IMG/VR virus record: IMGVR_UViG_3300032030_000015
Coordinates: 32,001 to 96,000 of that record
DNA: 64,000 nt
Reading direction: 5' to 3' (one strand)
Source: a virus
Taxonomy: Duplodnaviria > Caudoviricetes
Below are positions 48,585-58,336 of this stretch, in pieces (within the stretch, counting starts at the first letter, position 1; each line of letters starts with the position of its first letter). The notes beneath the pieces were generated by a model that was given only the letters and a program-made list of their open reading frames with translations, was not told the DNA's origin and did not search any database. A program made the translations under genes and the position numbers.

Positions 48585-49364
48585 TTATCCCTTCATCCAC
48601 TTCAGCGCCTGCCACGTGTTCCACGACGAGCGCAGGGCATCGTAGAGCGCGTCGTGCGCCTCGCTGCCTGCGGCGTAGCGGTCGGGTAGGGGAGGGAAGA
48701 GTTTGTACACGTCGTAGCTGCCTGCGAGTATCTGCTTGGGCAGAAGCGTACACGGAACGACACTGCCGTCTGGCATAATCTCAACATCGGTCACTGCCTT
48801 GCCGCTCTTGATCAATTGCTCGTTTCTCTCCTTAATCTCTCGCATCCGCTTTATCAGCGCCGCCTCCAGTATCAACGTGCGGCAGTCGCGCAGTTGGGTG
48901 TGGGCGATGACGTCCTGCTCCATGTCGTAGCCGTTGCGGCGGCAGAGGTTGCGCAGGATGCCCTGGTCGGTGTCGCCCTGGCTCCACAGGCAGATACTGT
49001 CCAGCCCAAGCTGCTCCTTGGCGCGTTCCAAGTAGCCCACAATCTCCACCGTCACCTCGTCCACGGGCTGGGCCAGCCCGTCGCATACGGCCCGTTTCGC
49101 CTCTTGACTCTGCTTCGTCCACCACTCGACGGTCTCCGGGTCGAAGTCGTAGCCCTCGACCACGCAGGAGCGCAGGTCCACATACAGCTCCAGCGACTCC
49201 GGCCACTTGCTGGTCTGCTCCTCGGTCAGTGTGCCGTCCTCGTCCATCACGAAAGGGTCTTCCTTGGCGTCTCTATTCCATGGCACGATGGCCACCATCA
49301 TCGGCGCGGCGTTCGCCGTCAGCCCGACGGTCTCAAAGTCAATCGTAAAATCCAAGTGTTTCAT
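48585..49364 (-). CDS. DEDDh 3'-5' exo(ribo)nuclease, phage type
   Basis: TIDFET, WSQG.TD, RDCRT, HDALYDA. Confidence 0.85.
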   Translation of the reverse strand: MKHLDFTIDFETVGLTANAAPMMVAIVPWNRDAKEDPFVMDEDGTLTEEQTSKWPESLELYVDLRSCVVEGYDFDPETVEWWTKQSQEAKRAVCDGLAQPVDEVTVEIVGYLERAKEQLGLDSICLWSQGDTDQGILRNLCRRNGYDMEQDVIAHTQLRDCRTLILEAALIKRMREIKERNEQLIKSGKAVTDVEIMPDGSVVPCTLLPKQILAGSYDVYKLFPPLPDRYAAGSEAHDALYDALRSSWNTWQALKWMKG

Positions 49365-49563
49365 TGTCGCTGTCCCTTTAGTCCATGATAATGTTCTTTC
49401 TTCTCAGGATTTCTCGCACCGTCTGGGCATCTACCCCTGCGATGCTTGCGATGTTGGCCACTTGCCAGCCGTTCTTCTGCAGGTCGAGCACGTACTGCTC
49501 CGTGGTCCTGCCTCCGTGTAGTCTCTTTGTCATAATACCTTAATCGTTTGTTTAATTCTATAA

Positions 49564-49866
49564 TCATTGCTGCTTAACTTGAAATCGTCTTGTGATGCGG
49601 CCCTTGGTGAGGTCGTAGACGGAGAGTTCCATCTCCACGCGGTCGCCCACCATGACGCGGATGTGGTTCTGTCGCATCTTGCCGCTGATGGTGGCCAGGA
49701 TGGTGACGCCGTTGTCCAGCTCCACGTGGTAGTTGTCGTAGCCCAGCGCCTCGGTTATCTCGCCCTGTGCGGTCAGTATGTCGGTGCGCTGGCGTCGGCT
49801 GTAGCCGCCGTTCATCTTCACGGCGGGCTTCATCTCTGCGTATCTTCTCTGCTTATGTCTTGCCAT
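49564..49866 (-). CDS. infA: Translation initiation factor IF-1
   Basis: GEITEAL...VELDNG..ILATISGKMRQNHIRV..GDRV..ELS.YDLTKGRI. Confidence 0.9.
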   Translation of the reverse strand: MARHKQRRYAEMKPAVKMNGGYSRRQRTDILTAQGEITEALGYDNYHVELDNGVTILATISGKMRQNHIRVMVGDRVEMELSVYDLTKGRITRRFQVKQQ

Positions 49867-49881
49867 TACCTTTATATATAT

Positions 49882-50073
49882 TTAGAGTGAGAATTTCTTG
49901 TGCTTGGTGACCACGACGGGCTCGTGCAGTTCCCAGCCCTTCTGGAAGAGGAAGGCGGCGATGTCGCGCTCCGACAGGTGGCCACGGTCGATGAGCTGCT
50001 GGAGGATGTCCTGCGGCTTGCGGCCAGAGAGGGGGATGCCAGTGGTTTCAGGTTTCAGGTTGGCAGGTTTCAT
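49882..50073 (-). CDS. hypothetical protein
   Basis: Operonic short ORF. Confidence 0.55.
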   Translation of the reverse strand: MKPANLKPETTGIPLSGRKPQDILQQLIDRGHLSERDIAAFLFQKGWELHEPVVVTKHKKFSL

Positions 50074-51642
50074 GTTGCCAGCCTTGGCCTTCTGCTTTGG
50101 TTCAGGCGTGGGGGCACAGAACTGGCGCCACTCTCACCTGTGGTCGGGGTCTGCCCGTCGCCTGTATGGTTATCGTCGATGTCTGCAAACTCTATCAGCG
50201 GCATGTCGTTGGTGTCGGTGGATGGGGTAGGGGCCTCTTCCATAAGATCGTCGGTCTCCTCGATGTCGGGCGCGCTGCCGCTCTTCACGGCTGCCTCGCG
50301 CTGTGCCACGATGACGGCATACTCCTCGCGGGTCCGCACCTGCTTCACCTCGACGTTCACGATGTCCGCCGTGTGCGCCAGGTTCTTCGTGACATGCAGG
50401 TAGTAGTTGTCGCCGATGCGAAGCTCGAATCGCTCGGCAATCTGTCGGCAGATGCTGGACGAGCACACCTGCAGCAGGTCGCTCGTGCGGCTCGTGGCAC
50501 GGGTGACGTTCGAGCCCTCGGCATTGTTGAACACCAGGAACTGACAGCCCTTGCGGTCGGCGTAGATGTAGCACTTCGTCAGCCCTGCCCGTCGCACGAT
50601 GTCAGACAGCACGGCATTGAGCGTGATGCGCTTCTCCGTCGTCTTGTAGTGCAGCGTTGCGTCGTGCTCGCCTAACCTCGGGGCCGTCGGGATTTCGGTC
50701 GTGTTTTCGGTCGTGTCGACGGTCGTAGGCTCGGCGGTTGCAGATGCTGCCTTGCGCTGCTCGTCGGCCTGACGCTCTGCTTCCTTCTTGCGTCGTACTT
50801 TCTTCATCGAGAGCCTTCTTCTCCTGTTCCAGCCGCTGCACCTCGGCCTCGCGCTCGGCTATTTCAATCTCCAGCCGACGCTGTTCCTCCTCTTTCCGCT
50901 GTGCCTCCTCGGCAGCGGCCAGCAGCTCCGTCTGACAGGTCTTGCAATACTCCTGCAGACCGTCATCGGATGTGTCGCTGGCATAAAACTCCGAGCGGAG
51001 TTTGCGCTTGCCGCAGTGGCCGCACACCTTTGTGGTCTTATTCAGGTTTGCCTGTCCCTCGGCTATCTGCTGGCGGGCGGTCTCGTAGCGGGCGTTCGTA
51101 ATTTCCTTGCCCGTCGGCTCTGCTATAGGCTCCTGTGCCGACAGCCGCTCCAGCTTCGCCTGCTTCTCGGCAATCTCCTTCTCCAACTGCTTGATGGCTT
51201 TGGCCTGCTTCTCGGCCTCCTTCTCAGCCTTCTCGCGCTCCTTCTTCTCCTTGTCCCACTTGCCGCCCTCGCACTCACGGCAGTGCTTGTGCAGCGCGCC
51301 ATTCGACTTCGTGGCAAAGGCCGTCCTGGGCAGCACCCGCTGGCAGTGGGGACAGTACACCTGCGCCTCGTCGGCAGTCAGTATGCCCGTGTTGCGGAAC
51401 TCGGTCAGCTTCGCCTGCCACTTCTGGTCGATATCCTTCCAGTACTTGAAGCCGAAGATGGTATTGCCCGCACCCGTGAAGTCGAAGGCCGACAGTATCA
51501 CGTCCTCTGCCGCCACCTCGTCGAGGTAGGTGTCGAGGTCGCGCTTGTCGAACCGGTGCGAGCGGTACAGGTACTCGAAGTTGTTCATCACACCCTTTCC
51601 CTGCATGAACTTCGTAAACAGCGTCGTCTCGTCGTAGGTCAT
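50070..51642 (-). CDS. Zn-finger/coiled-coil protein, probably one gene with a frameshift near 50800
   Basis: CxxC pairs; the coiled coil continues in the other frame. Confidence 0.6.
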
Positions 51643-51647
51643 ATTTC

Positions 51648-52298
51648 TTAGTCTTTATGGTCTTTCTTCTCCTGCCGTGCCTCGATGCGATCCACCTTGC
51701 GGCGGTAGGTAGCGCAGCGCTCCTTCATGTATTCCCACAGGCGGTCTGATTCGTCCATCCACATCTGGGCGTGCCAGTCCTTTGAGTGGCTCAGGTTGTC
51801 GCCCGTCAGCTTCTGAGCCAGTTCGCGGGCGGCCTCTATCTCCTTGAACTTCTCCAGTTTGATGCCGATGTTGTTGCGCTGCAGCAGTTCGTTGATGTCG
51901 GCCACGGTGAAGTCTATCATGTCCATTACGAACGACAGCCCCGCCAGCAGTTCCTGCCAGTGGTCGTACTCGCGGCGGTCCTTCTGCCTGAGCAGGTTGC
52001 TGATGCCACGGATGCTCTTGCGCTTCTCCATCTCCAGCATCCACAGGCGGTCAACTTCCTGGTTCTCCATGTGGCGCATCTTCGTCTGTACAAGGTTGAT
52101 TTTCACGAAGTCATGCCGACGGTCCAGCCGCAGAAACTCGTCCTGCAGCTTCTTGTATTCCCTGTTGCCGTTCATCAGGTTCATCTTCGCCTGACGCTGT
52201 ATGGCTTCCGCGTCGATGCCGTACTCAATCGGCTCCACCTCTTGTCCTGTCTCTTTGTTGATCATACTCACGTTCTCCTTGTTGTTTACGAATACCAC
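51648..52298 (-). CDS. hypothetical protein
   Basis: Codon bias. Confidence 0.75.
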   Translation of the reverse strand: MVFVNNKENVSMINKETGQEVEPIEYGIDAEAIQRQAKMNLMNGNREYKKLQDEFLRLDRRHDFVKINLVQTKMRHMENQEVDRLWMLEMEKRKSIRGISNLLRQKDRREYDHWQELLAGLSFVMDMIDFTVADINELLQRNNIGIKLEKFKEIEAARELAQKLTGDNLSHSKDWHAQMWMDESDRLWEYMKERCATYRRKVDRIEARQEKKDHKD

Positions 52299-52391
52299 AC
52301 GTCCGTCGGGGTGGTGGTCACTGTCTCGTTGTTCTGTTCGTTGGCTTGCGCCTTAATTTCTTGTTCGTTCATAATTTATCGCCTTTATACT

Positions 52392-52904
52392 CTATTTATC
52401 ATAACAGTGATTATCGTAAATTTCTTCAGTCGTGGATTCCTTGCCGTCGTCGGCAGCTTTCTGCTCGCGCTCACGCATCTTGCGGCGGATGTCCTTGTCC
52501 TGTTGGCGCCGTCGGCGTTCCTCGACGATGTGGTTGTAGAACTCCATGTCGGGTGGCGGTTCCTGCTTGGCCATCCTGACCAGTTCGCGGGCGGCCTTGC
52601 GCTGCTCGTCGGTCAGCTCGCCTCCGAACATGTTGCCTGCCGAGCCTTTGCCCGACGCTTTGTTGCCGGACGTTCCATTGCCGGATGAACTGCTGCTGTC
52701 AGACGAGCCGAGCATCAACGTCAGGCGGCGCTTGCGCTCGGCCATGCGCTCCGCCCACTGCTTCACCTTCTCCAGTTCCTTCTTGCAGGCCTTCCAGTAG
52801 GCATGCCGGCCTGCATTGCGGCTCGCTCCCCGGTATATCCACACCACCTTGCCAGTCAGGCACGACCGCTTGATGATGGTCACCAGTTTCCTGTGCTTGG
52901 TCAT
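52392..52904 (-). CDS. hypothetical protein
   Basis: Start overlaps the primase stop. Confidence 0.7.
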   Translation of the reverse strand: MTKHRKLVTIIKRSCLTGKVVWIYRGASRNAGRHAYWKACKKELEKVKQWAERMAERKRRLTLMLGSSDSSSSSGNGTSGNKASGKGSAGNMFGGELTDEQRKAARELVRMAKQEPPPDMEFYNHIVEERRRRQQDKDIRRKMREREQKAADDGKESTTEEIYDNHCYDK

Positions 52905-55900
52905 TGCTCACCTCCTTCCTCCGGATCTTTCTCCGGTGCTGCCTGCACATACCCCTCCTCATACTCCTTGCCGGCGGTATAGGGCTTGGTGGGCACGCCG
53001 CCGGGACGGTTGCGGTAGAAGTAATGCACGAAGGTGTGCTGGGCAGAGAGTTCGCGGGGCACGCGCTCGCCGGTCGATACCTCGTGGCGGTACTTGTTCT
53101 TCTCCATGCGCTCCACGGGCTTGCCCTGCTGGTCGAGCACGGTGAGCCAGGCACGGGTCTGGCGCCCGCCGCGACGACGGTACGACGCCGTGTTCAGCAC
53201 CACGTCGGGATCCATCACGATGCCCATGCGGTTCAGGCAGGGTTTGAGATACTTCGCTATGCGCTTCTTCGCCTTCTCGATGGTGTCCCAGGTGACGCCC
53301 TCGCCCTCTGCGTCCAATAATGATATCGCCATCTCCTGCGGCGGTATCGGCTGTCCGATGTGAGGGTTGTCGGGCGTGTCCTCGAAGTACTGCACCAGCC
53401 AGTCGGTCAGCCCCGAGTCCTTAGTCATGGCGTAGAGTTCGCGGCGCAGGCTACGGCTCTCCGTCGGCGGCAGGATAGTCTCGTTGGGGTGCTGCAGGTA
53501 GAACTGCGCCATCGCCAGCAGCATGTTCTGCAGCTCGTTCAGCAGGTGTGCCGGCAGGTTACGCGCCACCTCTGCCACGCCGTACTTCTCCAGGAAGTCG
53601 TCCTTCGGGGCATGGTCGAGCCATCGCCCGTCGTCGGTGGCGGCGTGGTAGTAGTCCGAGGTGAAGCAGGGATAGATGCGCCCCTTGGTGGAGCCTGCCG
53701 AGCGGTCGAAGGGCTTGTTCGAGGTGATGAACACCTTGGGCACCTCGTCGCCGGTCAGCGTGACGGGCTGGTGATACAGCGTCTTGCACACCAGTTTCGT
53801 GCCGATGTTGTACAGGTCCTCGACGTTGAAGTTGTCGGGCATCTCGTCCATGCAGACCAGCGTGTGCAGGTGGGCTATGACGTAGCCGAACAGCACCTCC
53901 ATCGAGATGTTCTTCATCGACTTGCCCGCGATGTTGGCCGACGAGGGCCTGACGGTGGCCATCATGTCGATGTGTATGCTTTTTCCGTTGCGTCCGCTGG
54001 CCTTCTGCTCGTCGGTCACGCTGTAGTCGGTCATGTGGACGGTCAGCTGCCGTGCCAGGCTGCGGTGCCGGGTGATGCTGTAGCCGATGGCGTGGCAGTG
54101 GTTGATGAAGTGCATGTCCTGCATCTGCCGCTCGATGGCCGTCAGCTTCTCGCCGAACGACTCCTTCTCCCAGAAGATGCGGCACGTGTTGTACTCGAAC
54201 TGGAAGTGCATCGGCATCTCCTCCAGGGGCTTGTCCATGACGAGCCGGAACTTCCACAGTTCCTCCCACTGCTTCCACCGCAGGTTCTCGGCGGCACGCA
54301 TGGCGGGCGTGGTGCATTGCTTCGATATCTCCTCGTGGCGCTTCCGCTCGGTCTCGTACTTCGGGTTGACGACGATGCGCCACGGCTGCTGCTGCACATG
54401 GAACTCGCCCGGCATGATGGCTTCCTCGTTGGTCACCCACGGCAGCCGGTCGTAGGGCACCTCGCGGATCTCGTCCTTCGTCACGCGGACGGCGGTGTTT
54501 TGGAAGAAGAAGTGGTCGAAGTCCTCGCCCCACGAGTGCTCGTTGATGGGTGCCGGCGGCATGGTGTTCATCGTCCGGGCATCGAGTCCCTTGCCGGTGA
54601 AGATGGTGTTCACCAAATTGGCCTTGAACTGCGACGGGTCGTCCCTGCGCTCGTCCTGGTCGGCATACTCTGCATCGTTGCCGAAGTGGGCGTCTATCCA
54701 GTCGAGCATCGACGTGCGGCAGACCGACTCCAGCTGGTTGCCCGTGCGGCTCGTGTCGAGATAGCGATAGGTATTATTGTGCGAGAGCTGATAGAACGCC
54801 CGCTGGCCGCGCTCGTCCTGATGGCAGCGGATGCCCTTCGCGTCGAGGAACTGCAGCAGGTTCGCCACGCTCAGCACGTAGCGCACGTTGTGCTCCTTCT
54901 CGTCCTTGTCGTTCTTCTTCGACGTGTGTTTGTCAATCCAGAACTGCATCGTCAGCGCGTTCTTCAGCATCCGCATCAGTGCCTCCGAGGGGTTCGCCTT
55001 CCGCAAGTCCGGCGCAAACAGTTTCTGTATCTGCGAGAAGTGCGTCACGAAGTCCGTCACGTCCTTGTAGGGCTTCGCCTTGGTTTCCACCTCCCCCATC
55101 TCCTTCGGCAACCGTACCCAATGCACCCTGGCATTCTCCAGAGCGATGCTGGCACTGCAGGCCTGACCCGTTGCGTCGATGTCGTAGCATACATATATAT
55201 CTACCGCCACCTGAGCCATCCGCATCAGCAGCACACGCAGCCATTCCTCGACCACGCCGTCCTTGATGCCCGCCAACTCATTGTGCAGCCACAGCACATG
55301 AGCGTCCGTCGCCGCCCACATCTGCATCGCATCGCGAGGCCCTGAGCACAGCACCAGCCGCTTCATCTTCGCCTTCACGGGGTTCTTGTCGCTGTCGCGC
55401 TCTGTCACCACGAGCGGGTGCCGCCTGTCCTTCAGCGCGTCGGCAAACCACGGAGCGGCTGCCGCTTCTCCGGCTGCGGTCCTGTGCTCGGCGGTTCTGC
55501 CGCCGATGGCTTCCATCGCCGCCATCGCCACATGGTCGCCGTACAGCCGTGTGGCCACGTCGCCCTTCTTATACCACGCCCATTTCGTCGTCTTGCTTCT
55601 CGGCTCGTATTTCTTCGTGCCCCATTCATACGGCATCGCGAATATCGGGTACGTCAGCCTGTCGTGAATCTCCAGCGAGCACTTGCCGCCCTGCTTGGCT
55701 TTTACAGGCGAGGTGATGAACACATCGACTGGGTACGTCTGGAACTCCCGCTCGATCGTCTCGCCCCACTCCTGGGCAGTCTTGGCCTCTCCCCTGCCCC
55801 GCCAGAACTCGCGGTCGATTGAGCAGCGGTACAGCGGCACCGGCTTCCCGTCGCCCTCACTGTGCTCGGCGGTTTTGCCGCCGAGGTCGGGCTCTTTATA

Positions 55901-56398
55901 CATCACCACCTGCTCGCCGTCCTCACCTGCCTTGGTCGCGTTCTTCACCGTGAAGCCCAGCGCTCTCAGATGATATATCGTCCACTTCGTCACGGTGAAC
56001 TCACACTCCTGCGGGTCTATCGCCTTCGTCCGTTCCTCCGGACTCGTCGGCGCCACGTCCTTCACCTCCACGTCGTGCTCGTCCACCAGCCGCTGGCACA
56101 CCTTCTGCATCTGCTCCGTCGTCAGGTTGCTCCAGTCGTAGCCCATCAGCGCCGCCTGCAGCGCCACGGCCCCGTAGCCCTTCTTGTCGCACCCGAAGCA
56201 TCCCCAGCCCGGCGCATCGTGTCCGTCGCCCGCCTTCTGCTCCACGCTGAACGACGGCTTGTGGTCGGGATGTCCTCCCAACGGACAACGATACACCGCC
56301 CGGCCGCTCCTCGGCAGGTTCTCCGGCTCATATCCATTCGCCCGCATCACTTCCACGAGCGAAATGTTCCTCAGTATCTGTAGGCTCTCTTCAGTCAC
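52901..56398 (-). CDS. Phage primase-helicase (CHC2-like Zn finger, TOPRIM, P-loop)
   Basis: CP..H.D..PSF..W.CFGC; LCSGPRDA, CYDIDATG, KDVTDF; SGRNGKS, CMDE, ITSN. Confidence 0.85.
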   Translation of the reverse strand: MTEESLQILRNISLVEVMRANGYEPENLPRSGRAVYRCPLGGHPDHKPSFSVEQKAGDGHDAPGWGCFGCDKKGYGAVALQAALMGYDWSNLTTEQMQKVCQRLVDEHDVEVKDVAPTSPEERTKAIDPQECEFTVTKWTIYHLRALGFTVKNATKAGEDGEQVVMYKEPDLGGKTAEHSEGDGKPVPLYRCSIDREFWRGRGEAKTAQEWGETIEREFQTYPVDVFITSPVKAKQGGKCSLEIHDRLTYPIFAMPYEWGTKKYEPRSKTTKWAWYKKGDVATRLYGDHVAMAAMEAIGGRTAEHRTAAGEAAAAPWFADALKDRRHPLVVTERDSDKNPVKAKMKRLVLCSGPRDAMQMWAATDAHVLWLHNELAGIKDGVVEEWLRVLLMRMAQVAVDIYVCYDIDATGQACSASIALENARVHWVRLPKEMGEVETKAKPYKDVTDFVTHFSQIQKLFAPDLRKANPSEALMRMLKNALTMQFWIDKHTSKKNDKDEKEHNVRYVLSVANLLQFLDAKGIRCHQDERGQRAFYQLSHNNTYRYLDTSRTGNQLESVCRTSMLDWIDAHFGNDAEYADQDERRDDPSQFKANLVNTIFTGKGLDARTMNTMPPAPINEHSWGEDFDHFFFQNTAVRVTKDEIREVPYDRLPWVTNEEAIMPGEFHVQQQPWRIVVNPKYETERKRHEEISKQCTTPAMRAAENLRWKQWEELWKFRLVMDKPLEEMPMHFQFEYNTCRIFWEKESFGEKLTAIERQMQDMHFINHCHAIGYSITRHRSLARQLTVHMTDYSVTDEQKASGRNGKSIHIDMMATVRPSSANIAGKSMKNISMEVLFGYVIAHLHTLVCMDEMPDNFNVEDLYNIGTKLVCKTLYHQPVTLTGDEVPKVFITSNKPFDRSAGSTKGRIYPCFTSDYYHAATDDGRWLDHAPKDDFLEKYGVAEVARNLPAHLLNELQNMLLAMAQFYLQHPNETILPPTESRSLRRELYAMTKDSGLTDWLVQYFEDTPDNPHIGQPIPPQEMAISLLDAEGEGVTWDTIEKAKKRIAKYLKPCLNRMGIVMDPDVVLNTASYRRRGGRQTRAWLTVLDQQGKPVERMEKNKYRHEVSTGERVPRELSAQHTFVHYFYRNRPGGVPTKPYTAGKEYEEGYVQAAPEKDPEEGGEQ

Positions 56399-56422
56399 GA
56401 ATTTTGTTCTTAGTAGTAGGGA

Positions 56423-57544
56423 CTATTTCGCCCCGATTGTAAATACGACGCGGCGGCTGAGTTCGCCCTCGAAGCCACGGCGGTCCAGTTCCTCCATCAG
56501 TTCCTCGTCGGTGAATGTGCTGAACGGTTCGGGTGTGAACGTCTCACTGACGGGCTGCTGCTCGGTGACCGTCGATGGTGTTGGGTCGTCGGTGACGGCG
56601 ACCTGCACTGCTGCCGACGGCTTGACTACCGTCTTCTTTGCTCTCGGCTTCGGCTGCTGCTGAGCGTCCTGCTTCTGCTTCAGACGGTCGGCGAAGGTGC
56701 TGACGTCATCGGGATATTGCCAGTAGAAGCCGCCAGCCTTCTGCAGCCGCTTGATGGCACGGTCGAGATTCTTCACTCCTACTGTACGGCATCCTTCTGT
56801 GCAGCTGTCGTAAGTCTTCACTACCTGCAGCGTCTCGGGGTCTATCTGGCAAATCTGCCGTGGCTGCTTGCCACTTGGCTTCTTCTCTTTCTCCATATTC
56901 GTTTCGTTGTTTTCGGGTTTGTCGTTCATGATGCGGGCCGACTGTTTCATCAGCGCGTCGGCCACCTGCTTCTTGTCGTCGTAGTCGATGCCCTTCAGCG
57001 GGTCGGCATCGTTGTCAGGGGTAGCCGTCGGCTCTCCGGTTGCCGTGGCTTTGTTGTCCTCGTCCGCCATCGCCCGTCGTGGCAGTGCGGTCACGGGGTC
57101 GATATCGAGGTCGGTCTCTTCCTCGTCCGTCGGCTCTTCAGGCTCAGGCATCGGCATTCCCTGCTGTGAGGCCATGATGCGCTGGCGCTCCTTCTCCAGC
57201 TCGTCGGCTGGCAGGTGGATGAGCCGCGTCACGTCCTCAGTCTTGAAGTCGGGCTTGGGGTTGTACTTCGGCTCGGCGAAGTTGGCCCATGTCAGCACGT
57301 GTATCATCACCGAGGCTGACTTCACCTTGTCGCTCTCCACCACGCGGGTCTCGGCCAGCGCCAGTGCCAGCACGTCCTTCGTGTACCACGAGCACGGCTT
57401 GTTCGTGGGCAGCGTGAACCACGCCCTGCGGAATGCGTCGCGGGTCTTCACGTAGAGCTGCCGGTTCTGCTCCTGCTGGCTCCATCCGTCGTATGCTTGT
57501 CGTAAGTTCATATCTTCTCTTATATATAATTTTTTGATTGTCAT
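56423..57544 (-). CDS. NUMOD1-like DNA-binding domain protein
   Basis: ICQID...VVKTYDS.TE....G...AGGFYWQY. Confidence 0.7.
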   Translation of the reverse strand: MTIKKLYIREDMNLRQAYDGWSQQEQNRQLYVKTRDAFRRAWFTLPTNKPCSWYTKDVLALALAETRVVESDKVKSASVMIHVLTWANFAEPKYNPKPDFKTEDVTRLIHLPADELEKERQRIMASQQGMPMPEPEEPTDEEETDLDIDPVTALPRRAMADEDNKATATGEPTATPDNDADPLKGIDYDDKKQVADALMKQSARIMNDKPENNETNMEKEKKPSGKQPRQICQIDPETLQVVKTYDSCTEGCRTVGVKNLDRAIKRLQKAGGFYWQYPDDVSTFADRLKQKQDAQQQPKPRAKKTVVKPSAAVQVAVTDDPTPSTVTEQQPVSETFTPEPFSTFTDEELMEELDRRGFEGELSRRVVFTIGAK

Positions 57545-58053
57545 TCATCCAACTCCAGCGGATAGCCCTCCTCGAAGTCCTCGTCGTCAGGGTCGGCATC
57601 CCGATTGTAGTCATCGCCCTGCTGCCGTCTGTTCCTGCGCCTTGCGGCGTCGCGGTCGCGCTGCTTCCAGTCGAGCGTGCAGCCCACGTTCCAGAAGTGG
57701 CGATGCGTCTTCTTCGACGGCTCCCAGCGCACGAAGCCGCGTGTGCCGTGCAGCGTCATCTGCTCCTCGGTGTCGCTGATGCCCTGGTCGCGGATGGCAG
57801 GGCACATGAACCCCAGCACACCCATGTCCACCGAGAAGCCGTACTGCACGCGGTTCAGGATTTCGTCGGCAAACTGCTCGAAGACGACCGCCGCCATGCG
57901 CGGGTCAAGCAGCGTCCGCCGCCCTACGCGCTCGGCTATGTAGGCCAGGTCTACCGTGTCCAGCGTCTGCACGCGGAACGTCCAGCCCATCTTCCCCGTC
58001 TTCGGGTTGCGGATGCGCACCTTATGCACTGGTATGTCGTTCTTCCTTGACAT
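57541..58053 (-). CDS. Bacteroidetes HU-like DNA-binding protein
   Basis: VQYGFSVDMGVLGFMCPAI; VRWEPSK. Confidence 0.7.
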   Translation of the reverse strand: MSRKNDIPVHKVRIRNPKTGKMGWTFRVQTLDTVDLAYIAERVGRRTLLDPRMAAVVFEQFADEILNRVQYGFSVDMGVLGFMCPAIRDQGISDTEEQMTLHGTRGFVRWEPSKKTHRHFWNVGCTLDWKQRDRDAARRRNRRQQGDDYNRDADPDDEDFEEGYPLELDE

Positions 58054-58336
58054 CGTTTGTCTGTTCCTTATATCGTTTACCTTCCGGTTCCTTATGTCGT
58101 TTGCCTGCCTGACCCCGTATCGTCCGTCAGTCGGCCTCTCGTATCGTTCGTTTATCGTCCCCCGGTGCTGTTTGCTTTCGCTCCCCGTGGCGTTTGCCTG
58201 CCGAACCCTCGCTTCGGTCGCCTAACACTTGCCCGTCATGGCTCACTTACTCGCCCGTCAGAGGTCAGCCGTTCGACCGTCGTGGGTCAGCCACTCGCCC
58301 GTCAAATTCCGGCTTTCAATAGTGCGGAGCATCTTC

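Noticed and set aside
58057-58330. Gene or array between rtcB and the HU-like gene
   Set aside because: A few ACGAYA(TAAGGAAC) repeats, but no convincing ORF or periodic structure.
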